Shown: one piece after another, positions 22,091 through 34,181 of the stretch
Numbering within the stretch: the stretch's first letter is position 1
Layout of the letters: every line of letters starts with the position of its first letter
DNA from: Parasitella parasitica NRRL 2501
Lineage: Eukaryota > Fungi > Mucoromycota
Direction of reading: 5' to 3'
Length of the DNA stretch: 59,972 nucleotides
NCBI GenBank assembly: GCA_025201805.1
Contig: MU619348.1
Location: 1 to 59,972 of the forward strand
The notes under the pieces: model-generated
What the model was told of the DNA's origin: nothing
Database searches by the model: none
Seen by the model: only the letters and a program-made list of their open reading frames with translations
Program-made: the position numbers and the translations under genes

Positions 22091-23101
22091 ATGTCCGGTT
22101 TTAACATTGCAACACCCTCAATGACTACGCCTGCTATGCAGACACCTAGCATCCCAACTCCTCTGCACAACTCTACTCCCTTTGCTCTACCGTCCACACC
22201 GGCTCCACTTGATGCTCCTACTCCTAGCAGGGACTCTAATCCTTATTCTGTCGCTGGTATTACTCCCACTTTACAGTAAGTTGAATTGGCCTGTTTGGTC
22301 AGACATTTCATTTAACCGGTGCCCTACAGAAACATTGTTGCCACTGTGAATTTGGATTGTCGTTTAGACCTTAAAACAATTGCTCTCCATGCTCGTAATG
22401 CAGAGTACAATCCAAAGGTAACATTTTGAAAGATGAAATACAGGGAACCATCATTTATAGAGCTGAGGAAGGAAGGGGTTAGAGGTATTGTTGTCTTGCA
22501 AGGCAGATCTCTCTTCTGTCTACTCTATAAAATGGCGGTTTTTCTTATTTCGGTTTGGGATCAAAATGAAATTAAATCTTATTTGATTTGTATTTCTCCA
22601 TAGCGTTTCGCAGCTGTCATTATGCGTATTCGTGATCCAAAGACTACCGCTCTAATCTTTGCCTCTGGTAAGATGGTAGTTACTGGTGCTAAATCAGAAG
22701 ATGATTCCAAATTGGCTGCTCGTAAATACGCTCGTATCATCCAAAAATTGGGCTTCCAAGCTAAATTTACTGATTTCAAAATCCAAAATATTGTCGGTTC
22801 TTGCGATGTCAAATTCCCTATCCGTCTTGAAGGTTTAGCTTACTCTCACGGTCATTTCAGTTCTGTAAGTACATATTACTACCCGTGTTTACGCGTTGAT
22901 ATTAATATCGCGTCTTTCCTCTATATTTAGTATGAGCCTGAATTGTTCCCTGGTCTTATCTACCGTATGGTAAAGCCTAAAATTGTATTGCTGATCTTTG
23001 TATCTGGTAAAATCGTATTAACTGGTGCAAAAGTTCGTGAAGAAATCTATCAAGCCTTCCAGGCTATATATCCTGTGCTTACTGAATTCCGTAAGCCTTA
23101 A
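22091..23101 (+). CDS. SPT15: TATA-binding protein (exons 22091-22276, 22330-22417, 22604-22864, 22931-23101)
   Basis: [59 protein letters not shown]...[13 protein letters not shown], the highly conserved TBP core. Confidence 0.98.
22422..22568 (+). ncRNA. Candidate structured intronic RNA element (long hairpin) in TBP intron 2
   Basis: Nested complementarity: CATTTTGA/TCAAAATG; GAAATA..GGGAACC..CATTTATAGAG with CTCTATAAAATGGCGGTTTTTCTTATTTC; AGAGGT/ATCTCT; TTGTCT-TGCA-AGGCAG. Several pairs are G-U. Confidence 0.6.
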
Positions 23102-24066
23102 CTGTAAAAAAAAAAAAAAAGAAAGAAAAATTTGCAACAAGAAAAAGCCTTCCCTTTCCCTTCTCCACAAAAAAAGATTTAACGTATAAAAAGACCCATC
23201 TACCTTCTCTTACTTTACTCCTAGCAACTTATTCTTTTCAGCATCTTACTACTATCATGTACAAATCATTACTAAACCTTGTTAAATAAATAAATAGTAT
23301 ATTTTTTCAAAAGAAAAATGCTTTTTTAGGGTTGTGACATTTGGATGGCAATCACTGACTTAAGAGACTGCAGTGGTTGATACAATATACAGCATTACTT
23401 TTAACTGATTGCACAATAATATGTCAGAGTTTCAACGCTTTGAACTAGATTCATATCGGCATTTATCAATCAGCGGATTGAATTATAGAGTATAAGATGC
23501 TTAAATTTCCAAAAACAAGCAAATACGCCCTTTCGGGCCAATCTAAAGCTCAAAGCCACGCCAATTGGCTTACCAATGAGTGTTCATGAGGTGCTGTAAA
23601 TCAATTGCAATTGTTCTCAAAAATGAAAATATCCGAACAATACTTCAAAATGCTTTCTTTTAGATATTAGTAATGTGAAAGATGAAGTTCTAGTGGAAAA
23701 CGCGTTTTTTAATTCTTCAGAATAGCGGGTAAAAATCGTGATACGACTAAATGTCCATGAAATATTTACAAAAAAAGATGCATCGAAGCAAAGGATAGAT
23801 TTGGAGCATGTTACCAAGGAATTAGGTTTTAATTCACTTGGAATTTCAATTTATGATGGATATGAGGCCTTTATACATACTACGAATCTCAAAATGTTTT
23901 ATTCAAAGGCAGCACCTGAGAGCGGAAAACGTTTCCAGATCTTCTTTTTTTCTTTTGTTTCCAGTGCACAAGGTGATCGATCTATAAAGGATCGAACTCA
24001 TGGAACCCAAAAAATTCGTATTCATCTTTATTCTTGCCCTTGTTTTGAGCAACAACGTTTTCCGTC

Positions 24067-25367
24067 ATGAATCACACCGAGAGGGTAGATGATAAAGAGA
24101 TCATCCGAACTATGGAAACCAAGGATGAACAAGCAGCCCTTCCTGTCAAAAAGACATCTAAACCTCACACTGCATTCTTGAGAGACCCAAAATTTTATAA
24201 AGTTTTAATTTTAGGTCAATGTAAGTAAAGCAGATCAGCTATAAGATACATGAAACTAAACAATACACAGTGCTCTCGTTGTGCATCACAGGAACAAATG
24301 TTACAACCACAAAGCTTGGCATGTCTTACAATTTTGCAGCCCCTACTACACAGACATTTCTGGTCTAGTAAGTGATATTCATTTTTACTTGTTTTACACA
24401 CATTCTAAGAAAAAATCAAACCAGTGCTTCCTTGGCAATTGTTTACAATAGTTATGCAATTTACAAGCGTGGTATTCGTGGTTGGCTGCTTCAGTTTTGG
24501 CGTAGAGGCATATATTACTTTATTTTGGGAGCTATTGATGTTGAAGGTAATTACTTTGTTGTAAAAGCCTATCAATATACATCTCTTTTGTCGGCCATGC
24601 TGTTAAATTGCTGGAGTACACCTGTATGTATGATTCTTTCGTTTTTCATCATGAGAATTCGTTACCGTTGGCTGCAATACGTTGGCGTGGTTATCGCTCT
24701 AGGCGGCATGGGCATGCTTATCGCCAGTGATATGATGGAGGGCAAGGACTATGCTGCGCTTGATGCTGTCAAAGGGGATTTGTTCTGTCTATTGGGAGCA
24801 ACTCTATATGGCTTCTCTAATGTTGGCGAAGAACTGATGGCCCGTAAGCATCCCTTGTACGAAGTTATTGGCATGTTCACCTTTTTTGCGACTTTTATCA
24901 ACTTTGTTCAACTGATGATCCTGGAGCGAAATGAGTTTAGCGTATTTGCTAGTAACCCAGAGGCTGTTGGTATGGTGATCGTGTACACAATCTGCATGTT
25001 CATATTGTATTCACTGGCCCCAATCATGTTCCGTTTGGGAAGTGCAGTTTTGTATAATTTATCCTTGTTGACGTGTAATTTTTATGGCCTGATTTTCGGC
25101 ATTGGTTTATTTGGCTACCATATTACAATTATGTACCCTTTTGCATACGCTGTTATTATTCTGGGTATCGCCATCTATCATATCTTCCCTACTCCTGAAC
25201 CTACGATTGGCTCATTCGACAAAGAAACAGCCGAGAAAGAACGTATCGAATTGATGCAAGGAAGACGAAAGAAGGATAATAAGGATCTGGAGCAGCAAAA
25301 CGAAGCAGCAGTGGAGACTTACAACGAAGACACACAGGAAATAACGCCAACTGTCATCAGCAAGTAA
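24067..25367 (+). CDS. SLC35F/DUF914-type DMT-superfamily transporter (3 exons)
   Basis: LILGQ/LSLCITGTN, PTTQTFLVY, DVEGNYFVVKAYQYTSLLSAMLL.CW, GDLFCLLGATLYGFSNV.EE, SA.LYNLSLLT; about 10 TM helices. Confidence 0.88.
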
Positions 25368-26759
25368 ATTAGCCCAAGTGTATATAACAAGTATAGGTTG
25401 CCCAAGTATAAAACATGAACGCATCTTGTATATACGTTGGAAATCTTTGTGTGCTTGCTTTTTTTCTATCCAACAAAAATACACTCACTAATATATTACT
25501 GGTGGACACTTTACGTCTTTTGGTCCACCTGTAAAATAAAAAAGACGTTTCTGACCTAATTGAATGGATTTTCATGTTTAAGATCTGCGATACGATTGAT
25601 CTCTTGAACTATGGCTAAACAGCAAAATGAATATTTTGTAACAATCTATATCGCACATGTATGCACAGCGTATCTCGGGTGAATCTTTATTTTCACATAT
25701 TGAGATCAAGGAAAAAATTGTGAGGAAGGGATGAGATATTTTAATTTGATGTTGACAAATGTAGTATAACTCGACAGTTGCGTATTCACATCTTTCGAAG
25801 CCACATTAGAGGAATAAGTTTACTTTGAATCATTTATACAAAGTTGTTGCAACTATAACAATGTTTGACTGACATTAATTGTGTCAAATATACATAAAGC
25901 CGTACTTTTATATTGTTTTTCTGTACGTTCGTAATACTCTGTATGAGGTCTATAGGCTGAATTGCTATATCTATTTTGAGACACATATGTGTATATGAGC
26001 TTATTTGATTGAGGTCTATTAATTTACGTTTTCAAGAATACAAGGAATCAAAGGCACATTCTACGATGGTTACAATGAATCATTGACTTGCCACCCCAAG
26101 TGCTAATAGTACAACTCAGAAGGACGAAAATAAGATAGCTCCTTGTGGCTATACTTAATGGGAGATCTCATGTTTACATATGGAAGCAGAAGGAGAAGGT
26201 AAAATTCGAGACCTTAGAAAATCACAAAATGAAATTCTTAAAATGATTGTTTATTCCAGGAAACAATGATTTCTACGTCCATTGTTGATCACAGAAATTC
26301 ATAGTTTGGTTGAATTGTTGATGGCAGGTCAGCAATGAAATCAACTTCATAACAAATGACGTAGGAAGTGATGAGGTTATACACATCTGAAAAGGGGCTG
26401 CAAAAATGTTTATATTCAATCCATATGTGAGCAAAGAGTGAGAACACGAGCAGTTTTAAAATACAATTTGGTATTACAGACATCCAAAGATTTAATTGTG
26501 TGCATTTAGAACTAGACAAACAAGAAAGAATACAAAAAACTGCTGGCTACGATATTACACATTTAATAGTATTTGATGTAAACAAAGAATTCAGCCTACA
26601 AAACCTAAGGGGGTCAGTTTATGCTGTAAAAAAACAATTCATTCCTCTGTTGTGGTAGTATATAATGTTTATACATATACTTTTTCTCTCTCTCTTATCT
26701 CTCTAATATATACTAATCATTCCCTTCCATTCCTTGAATCCCTCAATAGCGCATTTTCC

Positions 26760-27077
26760 ATGTATATCCCCAAGAAGAGCCGATTTGAAATGTTTTTAAA
26801 GCGCAAAAGCAGCACATTCAGCAACAAAGGCAGCAAAAAAGAGGATACTAGTATTAACAACTGGTCTGATATATGTTCAGATTTTATTAAAGAAGTTGTT
26901 TTGCGAAAACAAACATCTTTGCCGGAAAGTAATGATTCTAATAACAATGCTAGTGGGCTCAATGACCCGAATCTCTGCTTAGATCAATTATCAGAGTTTC
27001 AAAAGAGCTATATATCGTTTCCAGAATTCAACGATTCAAGTGTTGTAAGTAATGAATCCGATCATTGCAGCTGGTAA
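26760..27077 (+). CDS. Small hypothetical protein (105 aa)
   Basis: Intact ORF MYIPKKSRFEMFLKRK...YISFPEF...SW after a pyrimidine-rich leader and TATA-like tracts. No recognisable domain. Confidence 0.5.
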   Translation: MYIPKKSRFEMFLKRKSSTFSNKGSKKEDTSINNWSDICSDFIKEVVLRKQTSLPESNDSNNNASGLNDPNLCLDQLSEFQKSYISFPEFNDSSVVSNESDHCSW

Positions 27078-27264
27078 AATTTGTCCGTTCTAAAAAAAAA
27101 TAAATGGCGATACTACCTAGAAATAATTTTTAGCAAATGATTGTCTTTTTGGGTGATGATTATGATGTAGTAAGATCTTTATTTCATTCCTTCTACTCTT
27201 TAACTAAATCATATGATGAAAACAACACATTTTTTTATGAAATGTACACAATAATGTGTACAAT

Positions 27265-27720
27265 AAGAAAGGAGAGAGATTATTCGATCCGATGGAAGAT
27301 GTGCCGATATATCAGTGATCCAAGCATGATACTCAAGACTATATTGACTTGAACCAGCAGAGAAGAAAATTACAGCAAAAGATACGACAAAAAGGGTTCT
27401 AAAAGCGGTCAGCGTCTACAGAGACTATAATGACTAAATCAGAGAGATCCTATAGAAGGAGGTAAACCAGCATCAAAAGGTAGTATATATGCGCAGACCG
27501 CTATCCCATAAGAGCCACTGATGCTTAAAGAAGCGTAAGATGGGCTCAAGTCAAATTGTATTCAATAGACTTTGGAATAAATCCACGTACTTTTATGCGT
27601 TGGTGGGAACACTATCAAGAAACTGGGGAGATAGCTACAAAAGTCTCAAAGAGATCCCAGCCACTCATCTACTACTGGGCATGAGCAGCATTGTTCAGCA
27701 AACTTATTTATTGACATTCT
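27265..27720 (+). mobile_element. Tc1/IS630-like transposase N-terminal HTH fragment (left copy)
   Basis: Fragments SVYRDYND*IRE and DFGINPRTFMRWWEHYQETGEIA are typical of a Tc1-like HTH. No DDE domain is present. Confidence 0.6.
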
Positions 27721-27837
27721 TTAGTCTTCTCCTTTGCTACAAACTTAGTTTCATACGAAAGATACACGCACTCTTTCCCAGCTCTTTTTTCTTCTTTTTT
27801 TCGCCTTTATTTTACATCCTCTACAAATTTTCCGAGT

Positions 27838-29279
27838 TCAGACTGCATGCAATGTTTTTAAGTGTACTGTCGCTAAGATTACTTTGTTTGCAGCCAATAC
27901 CTTCACAAAATAAAGAGCCTCGACAATAGAAGGCAAGTGAACAAGCTGGTGAATCTCTTCAACCAGAGAGAAACAGTTGAATGCCACAGGCATGTAGATT
28001 CCATCGGCAAGAAGCTTCATTTGGAAAAGTGTGCCTGTAAAACCTATCAAAGTATAAGTACTGTAGCATGTTATACGACACGCAAAATGAGAGCGTACCT
28101 TCAATCAAGAGACCAAGAGATGTGGGGATTTTTGCCCCGAGGCACAGTTGATCATCCACAGAGCCTTTCATCTGCTTCATTAATTTTGTAAAATCGTCCT
28201 CTGGTTGATACTTGCTAGTCGCTCCCGGTCTTTTCACTTCAATGAAAAAAAAAAGTAGATAACTTTACTTTTGGCCTTTGCACCAATCATAAAGTCAGGC
28301 TTATCAACCCTATTCGTGATGATGTTATACGGGAGTTTGCACGGTAAGCAAAGACAATTGAGTATACACTCACATGGCATAGTGGAGATCGTCGCTTGCA
28401 TCTTCGAGCAATACTCTTTGAATAGCCGATATAACGTATCTTTCAATAAATGCCACTTCAGAGGTGTCAGCAACAGAAACTCGGTGTTGCATTTCATGCC
28501 TGACAAGATCTTTGACCATGCTCATCATGGCTAATTTTTCTTCGTCCCTCTCTCCTTCTTCGTTATCAACATCGTCATTATCGTCACTGTCGTCATATTT
28601 ATCATCTCCTTCCTGGTTGTAAGTGTTGTTAGAGAAAGTTACTTTTTTAATTGCTTCAACTTACATCCGCTTTATTCTTGCAGTACACAACTGCCTTGGC
28701 AGGTGCACGATAGATGAGCTTTACATTGCTTGCCACTGATTTCAAAGCTTTGCGAGTGTTGTGGTCGAAATATCTGGTAAGACATTTCCCAATATCAAAC
28801 TTATTGAGTGGGAAAATATGCGAGAGAGACCTAGGGGTCCAGTTAAAGTTAGTGACTAAAGAGTATAGCTTTTAAACACTTACAGGATCCTCAAACCGTT
28901 TATGTGATTACTCTTATCAACTTCAGCTATCAACTGCTTTCTAAATCTCTTGAGCACTTCAGTGATATTGATGTTTTCGACAAGAACCTAAATGTAATGA
29001 TTAGGCGCGTTCTTCACTTGTAGGCATTTGCATGCTCATTTACCTCCTCCTTTGGCTTCCACTCCTTCTTTCCTCTACCTAGAAAATAATTTATTTTTTT
29101 CGATCGCTTCACTTCCGCAGAAGAAATCGACGATTCCGACAGCTCTCGACTTTGAGCTATAAGGATATTATTTAGCACTCGCAAATGAGGATCATTTTGA
29201 GCATACATCTTTCTCTCTTTGCATTTATTGTAATTTGGACATCACCGTTATTGTTGAATCGGTTGAGGGCGTTGGACAT
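27838..29279 (-). pseudogene. PD-(D/E)XK restriction-endonuclease-like (Crinkler REase-like) gene, frameshifted
   Basis: SEVAFIERYVISAIQRVLL, KPDFMIG...F(I)EVKRP...DDFTKLMKQMKGSVD, SLGLLIEG, LFQMKLLADGIYMP. Frameshifts occur at the T10 run near 28245-28254 and near 29210. Confidence 0.6.
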
Positions 29280-29799
29280 TTTAAGGATTACGGTCAGAAC
29301 ATTAAGAGCTATGAGGGTAAATAGGGATACTTGGCGAGTGCAACTTTTATCAATTTGACATGAAACACTTGTAACTGACTCCTTTGTTTCCCATGAACAG
29401 AATTTATTTAAAAACACATAAGCAACACGCAGAATAAATGTAAATAGTTGTAGGAAAGTAAGATATCCCATTCGAAAATCAAAAACTAAAATGTATTTCA
29501 GGCAATTCAGTCAGTCTTTATGTGGAAAAGTGTAAATAGCCACCGGCTACAGCCAAGTTATATCTTCCCTTTAATCTCAATATTACTACAAGAGTCTTTT
29601 TTATTTCTACGAGAACAGAGTAAAGGTGCGTTTCTTTTCCTTTAATATCTTTCACCACACAGTAGCAAGGTTCCTTTACTTGCAAGGGCGTTTCAAATGG
29701 GCTTTGGCGGAAAGTAGTGCTTTAGAGGAATCTGTCAGCGGGAGTGGTAGCTTAAAGGCTGTGAGAGATAACAGAACTAGAAAAGCGCGGACTCTGCCA

Positions 29800-30290
29800 T
29801 GCACTCCTTAGTAACCTTTTGACCTCTTTGTCTGTCATTGCTTCAAATGATTTGCCAGTCGACATCTGGTGCGTTTGAGGCCTTGGTAAACAAAGTACGC
29901 TACGTGTAATTCCGACTCTTAAGAAGTATACGCCTTTGTTCAATTTAAAAATCGGATAGATTAATTTAATGACTTAAAGAGGTGTTCAGCTACCTGTAAT
30001 TACGACAACTGATGATTAAAAATCGAAAGCAACTGGTTAACTCCATCGTCTTAGTATAGTGAACACAAGCAGCACTTTGTTGCAGCTCTTGGCTTTGTAA
30101 TGGGATTACGGTATTCAAAATGGTAAATGCGCTGGCTGTGTACTCTAGCAGTACAACGCGGCAAAACTATTCACTGGTTCCAAAACCTTGGTCAAGCTTA
30201 ATACCAATTAGAAACTGTTTTGTAAAGTTATTGGTTGCAAACAAATCTTAATAACAGTGCATTATGCTGTTTGAACTCGGAAAGTTTGTA
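29800..30290 (+). pseudogene. Second, more decayed REase-like paralogue, divergently oriented to the first
   Basis: Fragments KQLVNSIV, ALGFVMG, VFKMVNALAVY and YSLV...CFVKLLVANK align with the C-terminus of the left copy (FSLV...LYFVKVLAANK). DNA similarity is visible from about 30218 onward. Confidence 0.45.
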
Positions 30291-30344
30291 AACGAAGTCA
30301 AAGAAAAAGAGCTGGGAAAGAGCAGCAAAGAAGAATACTAAAGA

Positions 30345-30683
30345 GTGTCAATAAACGAGATTGTTGAATGTGCTCATGTTCAGAAGTAGATGAGTGGGTT
30401 GGCCGGGACTTTTGTAAGCTACCTCCTCCGTTTCTTGGTAGTGTTTCCATCAATGCAAAGCGGTACGAGGGTTATTCCAAAATCTTTTACAAGCAAATAC
30501 TTTCCTCTTTCATTTTAGTCTTTGTAGACGCTGTTGTCTATTAATTTAACCGCTCATACAACCCTTTTTGCCATAACTTTTGCTATGGTTTTCTTGGCTC
30601 GCTATGATTTCGAGTATTACGCTTTGATCACTTATATCTGTCGGCGTAACTTCTGTTGGATCGAAAACGCTCTCTTCCTCCTC
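30345..30683 (-). mobile_element. Tc1/IS630-like transposase HTH fragment (right copy, inverted relative to the left)
   Basis: The minus strand gives PRTALH*WKHYQETEEVAYKS, and the DNA is homologous to 27265-27720. Confidence 0.6.
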
Positions 30684-31063
30684 ATTTGGAGATATTATCG
30701 TAAAAGAAATAAGATATCATATCGAAGTTTACTATCCGCATGGCAAGACTTGTAACACAAGCTGTTGTGCTACAAATAGTCTCTTCTCAATATCTCGTCT
30801 TCACCATGAAAATTAGAGTTTACAAAGTGTCAACGATTTGATAATAGAAAACTTATCTAGTAAACAAGTCAAGTTTTACAATTTATTTTAGTTTAAGAAA
30901 AAAAATGGTTACATACAACGATTTCTTACACATAAGGCACTAAAGAATAATGATTTGATTTTCTAATGAAATTATATCTGTTTTCCTAATAATGCTTTAT
31001 AGTAGCTGTGTCTTATTTTTATCAAGTTGGGGGTTACAATATTTTTTACTGCTCGAGTATTTT

Positions 31064-32590
31064 TTACAATTTGGAAATAACAGCTTGAGTGAACTGATTA
31101 AGAGTGCTGTTACCACCGATATCAACAGTCTTGGCAGTGTTGGTGCCAATAGTTTCGTAGACAGCAGAAGATATTCTGTTGGCATGTTCATCCAAGTTCA
31201 AATGTCTCAACATCATGACGGAAGAAAGGAGCATGGCAGTGGGGTTAGCACTGTTTTGGTTTTGAATATCAAGAGCAACATGACGACAACCCTATCATAA
31301 ACACAATGTCAGTCATCCCTTATAATTCATTTTTAGTATGGAAACTTACAGGTTCAAACATGGCGAACTCACGGCCAATGTTGCAACCGGGGATCAAACC
31401 AGGACCACCAATTAAACCAGCACCCTAGAATGGTATGAATACATTGATTATGACTCCCAAAAAAAAACCAAGAAATGGATACTTACGACATTAGAGACAA
31501 TGTTACCGTATAAGTTAGGCATAACCATAACATCAAATTGTTGAGGGCGAGAAACAAGTTGCATAGCAGTGTTATCGACAATCATGTCATTGACCTCAAT
31601 GTCGTGGTGAGCATATTCCTTAGCGACATCACGGCAAGTACGCAAGAAGAGACCATCAGCTAACTTCCTGTAGTGAAACTGCATTTAGATCCAAGTAGCA
31701 TCATACAAACCAATTTTAAACTTACATAATGTTGGCTTTGTGGATAATGGTGACCTTCTTACGGTTGTTCTTGACAGCGAAATCAAAAGCAAAACGGGCA
31801 ATACGTTCAGTCTTTGCACGAGTGATGATCTTGAGAGATTCAACAACACCAGGAACGGACTAGTTACGAAAGAAAAAAAAGTGGGGTAAATACACAGCAT
31901 AACCCGATAATAATAATAAATACAAACCTGATGCTCCAAACCAGAATATTCACCTTCAGTGTTTTCACGAATAATGGCAATGTCGACATCGCTCAAACGA
32001 GATTCCACACCGGGAACATTCTTACAGAGAGAAAGAGAGGCGTACATATCGAGATCCTTACGCATGGTGACATTGAATGACTTGTGACCGAGCTTGGAGG
32101 TGGGAGTGAAAAGAGTACCCTTGATACCAACCTTGTTGCGGCGAAGGGATTCGATAGACTCTTGGTAGAGCTTATCATCTTCAGAAGTCAAACCAGAAAC
32201 ATCATATTGTTCGAATTCAACAGGGACATTGGCGGCCTTGAAAACGTCCTTGACTGACATAGCCAATTCCTTACCAATACCGTCACCAGGGATCATGGTG
32301 ACAGTGTACTTTCCTCCGTACTTCTTGGGGAAGATCTGTGAACAAGTAAATAACAAGAGCTAAAGAGATACGTTAGAACAACTTACAGATTTTTGCTCAG
32401 CGGGAGCAGGGGTAGGAATGGTGGTGCTGGCTTGAGAGGCAAATGAACGAGCAGCAACCTAAAATAAAAATGCAGCGGGTTAGTATATATATACACGCAC
32501 ACGCAGCTTCGACTCAGTCAATAAGCATCTTCTTACCTGCTTCACATTGTTGAGAGCTTGGGCGGGTCTGGCAATAGTCTTGAGAAGCAT
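31064..32590 (-). CDS. IDH1: NAD-dependent isocitrate dehydrogenase subunit 1 (regulatory), mitochondrial; multi-exon
   Basis: Presequence, [32 protein letters not shown], and NLYGNIVSN (Asn residues typical of IDH1, whereas catalytic IDH2 has NLYGDILSD). Confidence 0.93.
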
Positions 32591-32686
32591 TTTTGTTTAT
32601 ATAAAAAGTGGAGAGGGGAAGGAAGAAAGAGATAAGAATGTAACTGGTCGGGTAAAGTCAGGAATATAAATTTTTTTTTTCTTAAA

Positions 32687-32707
32687 TACCCCGGGGTAAC
32701 CATGGTT
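32687..32707. promoter_or_regulatory. Abutting palindromes about 100 bp upstream of IDH1; CCGGGG (CreA/Mig1-type SYGGRG) on both strands
   Basis: TACCCCGGGGTA (32687-32698) and AACCATGGTT (32698-32707). Confidence 0.35.
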
Positions 32708-34181
32708 TCCTCAACATGTTCAATATCAACTGGGAGAACATTTGAAAGCTTCTCCTAATATTTATCCCGAATGGTCGTTTAGTCCTCATCAGGCAGGTTG
32801 CTGTACAATTAGGGTCTGATTTGTGTATGTATTCATTTTTTGCAATGCTAAACATTACCTTTGATGTTTAGATATGCTTGCATCATTGTACATTTATCTT
32901 TCAAATAATACAGACTTTAACATTTCGGTTAAATGATCATGACGGACTACATTTATAATGCTCTATTTATCTTAAGGTACATTATAATGCTAATCTCTAA
33001 TATACCCTTCAAATATCCTCAAAAGCACCATATACTGAAGAGGATGGGTGCCGGGTCACCTTCCTCTTTACAGCCGACAGGGAATTATCTATTTATGATA
33101 GGTTACATCAGAAAGTTCGTTTGGTTTGTTTTTTACACTAATTGTTCAAGCTCCATCAGGGCAAGAAAAAAAGTCGTTTAACATGAATCTAAGCTACTAA
33201 TCCACTAATTATTAAAAATTTAGACTCAAAGTATGCATATAGACATAATGGATTGCTTCAGATAGCTATTGTAGCCATAAAATAATGGTATGGGATGTTG
33301 CAAGGCCAGACCCATTGCCATTGACTAAAACATGGTTGATTCTTGGTTCAAAGTCCGCTATTATGGGCTTGAGGTGGCTGCCTCCATTCATTCAAAAAGT
33401 TTCATTTTGAATTCTTGACATCCTTTTTTCAAGATTTACGCGAAATATTAGTAAGTAAAAATGGCATAGTCAACTAAGCAGATTTGTGTATCTTGTGATT
33501 GCACATCTTGTGGTATAATTTTTATAGAAATTTTTTACTAGAATTTTTTCGGAATTTAGGATTTAATTAAATATTGGTTTTTTGGAGAAAAGACGTGTTT
33601 CTTAATATGTATCATTCAAATAAGCTTTTTCACATAAAAAAGCAAGAATTTTTGATTCATTTTGGCTTATAAACACCTTTGCAAAAATGTCTTTTTTGGG
33701 GAGTAAAGCTTGAAATTAGTGGGTCCGACTGATTTGCCCTTATGGACCCTCATGAAAAATCTTGGAAAATTGATCAATTTTTCATCAGTAATTTTTTTTG
33801 AGCAGATACTACAGGAGGCTAGTATAAGTCTAGAGAGACACTTCCGTCCAACTCTGCGCTTTCAAAAACACCAGAAAGCAGCTTTTTGGCGGCCTCAAAA
33901 ATGCTAATTTTAGGCATTTATGAGCAATAAAAGCTGGTTACCAGCTTTTTTCTTTTCTTTTTCTGGATATAGCACCTATGATTACTATTGAACAAAAGCA
34001 TTGCTTGAGTTTGAGAAGCTTTTCCTTTCATTTGCACTAGGCACAAAACATTTACAAATTAAAAAAAAACCTTATGTTTGGCGACCTTGACCCAATTTTA
34101 AAGAGCAAGTTGCGTTAAAACAATCAACAATTGCTGGAGCATTTGCAAGATTACGTTTATTTCAACAACAAGACAACTAGT

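Noticed and set aside
22418-22603. Intronic snoRNA in TBP intron 2
   Set aside because: No convincing terminal C (RUGAUGA) and D (CUGA) box pair and no two-hairpin H/ACA layout; the fold is a single long stem.
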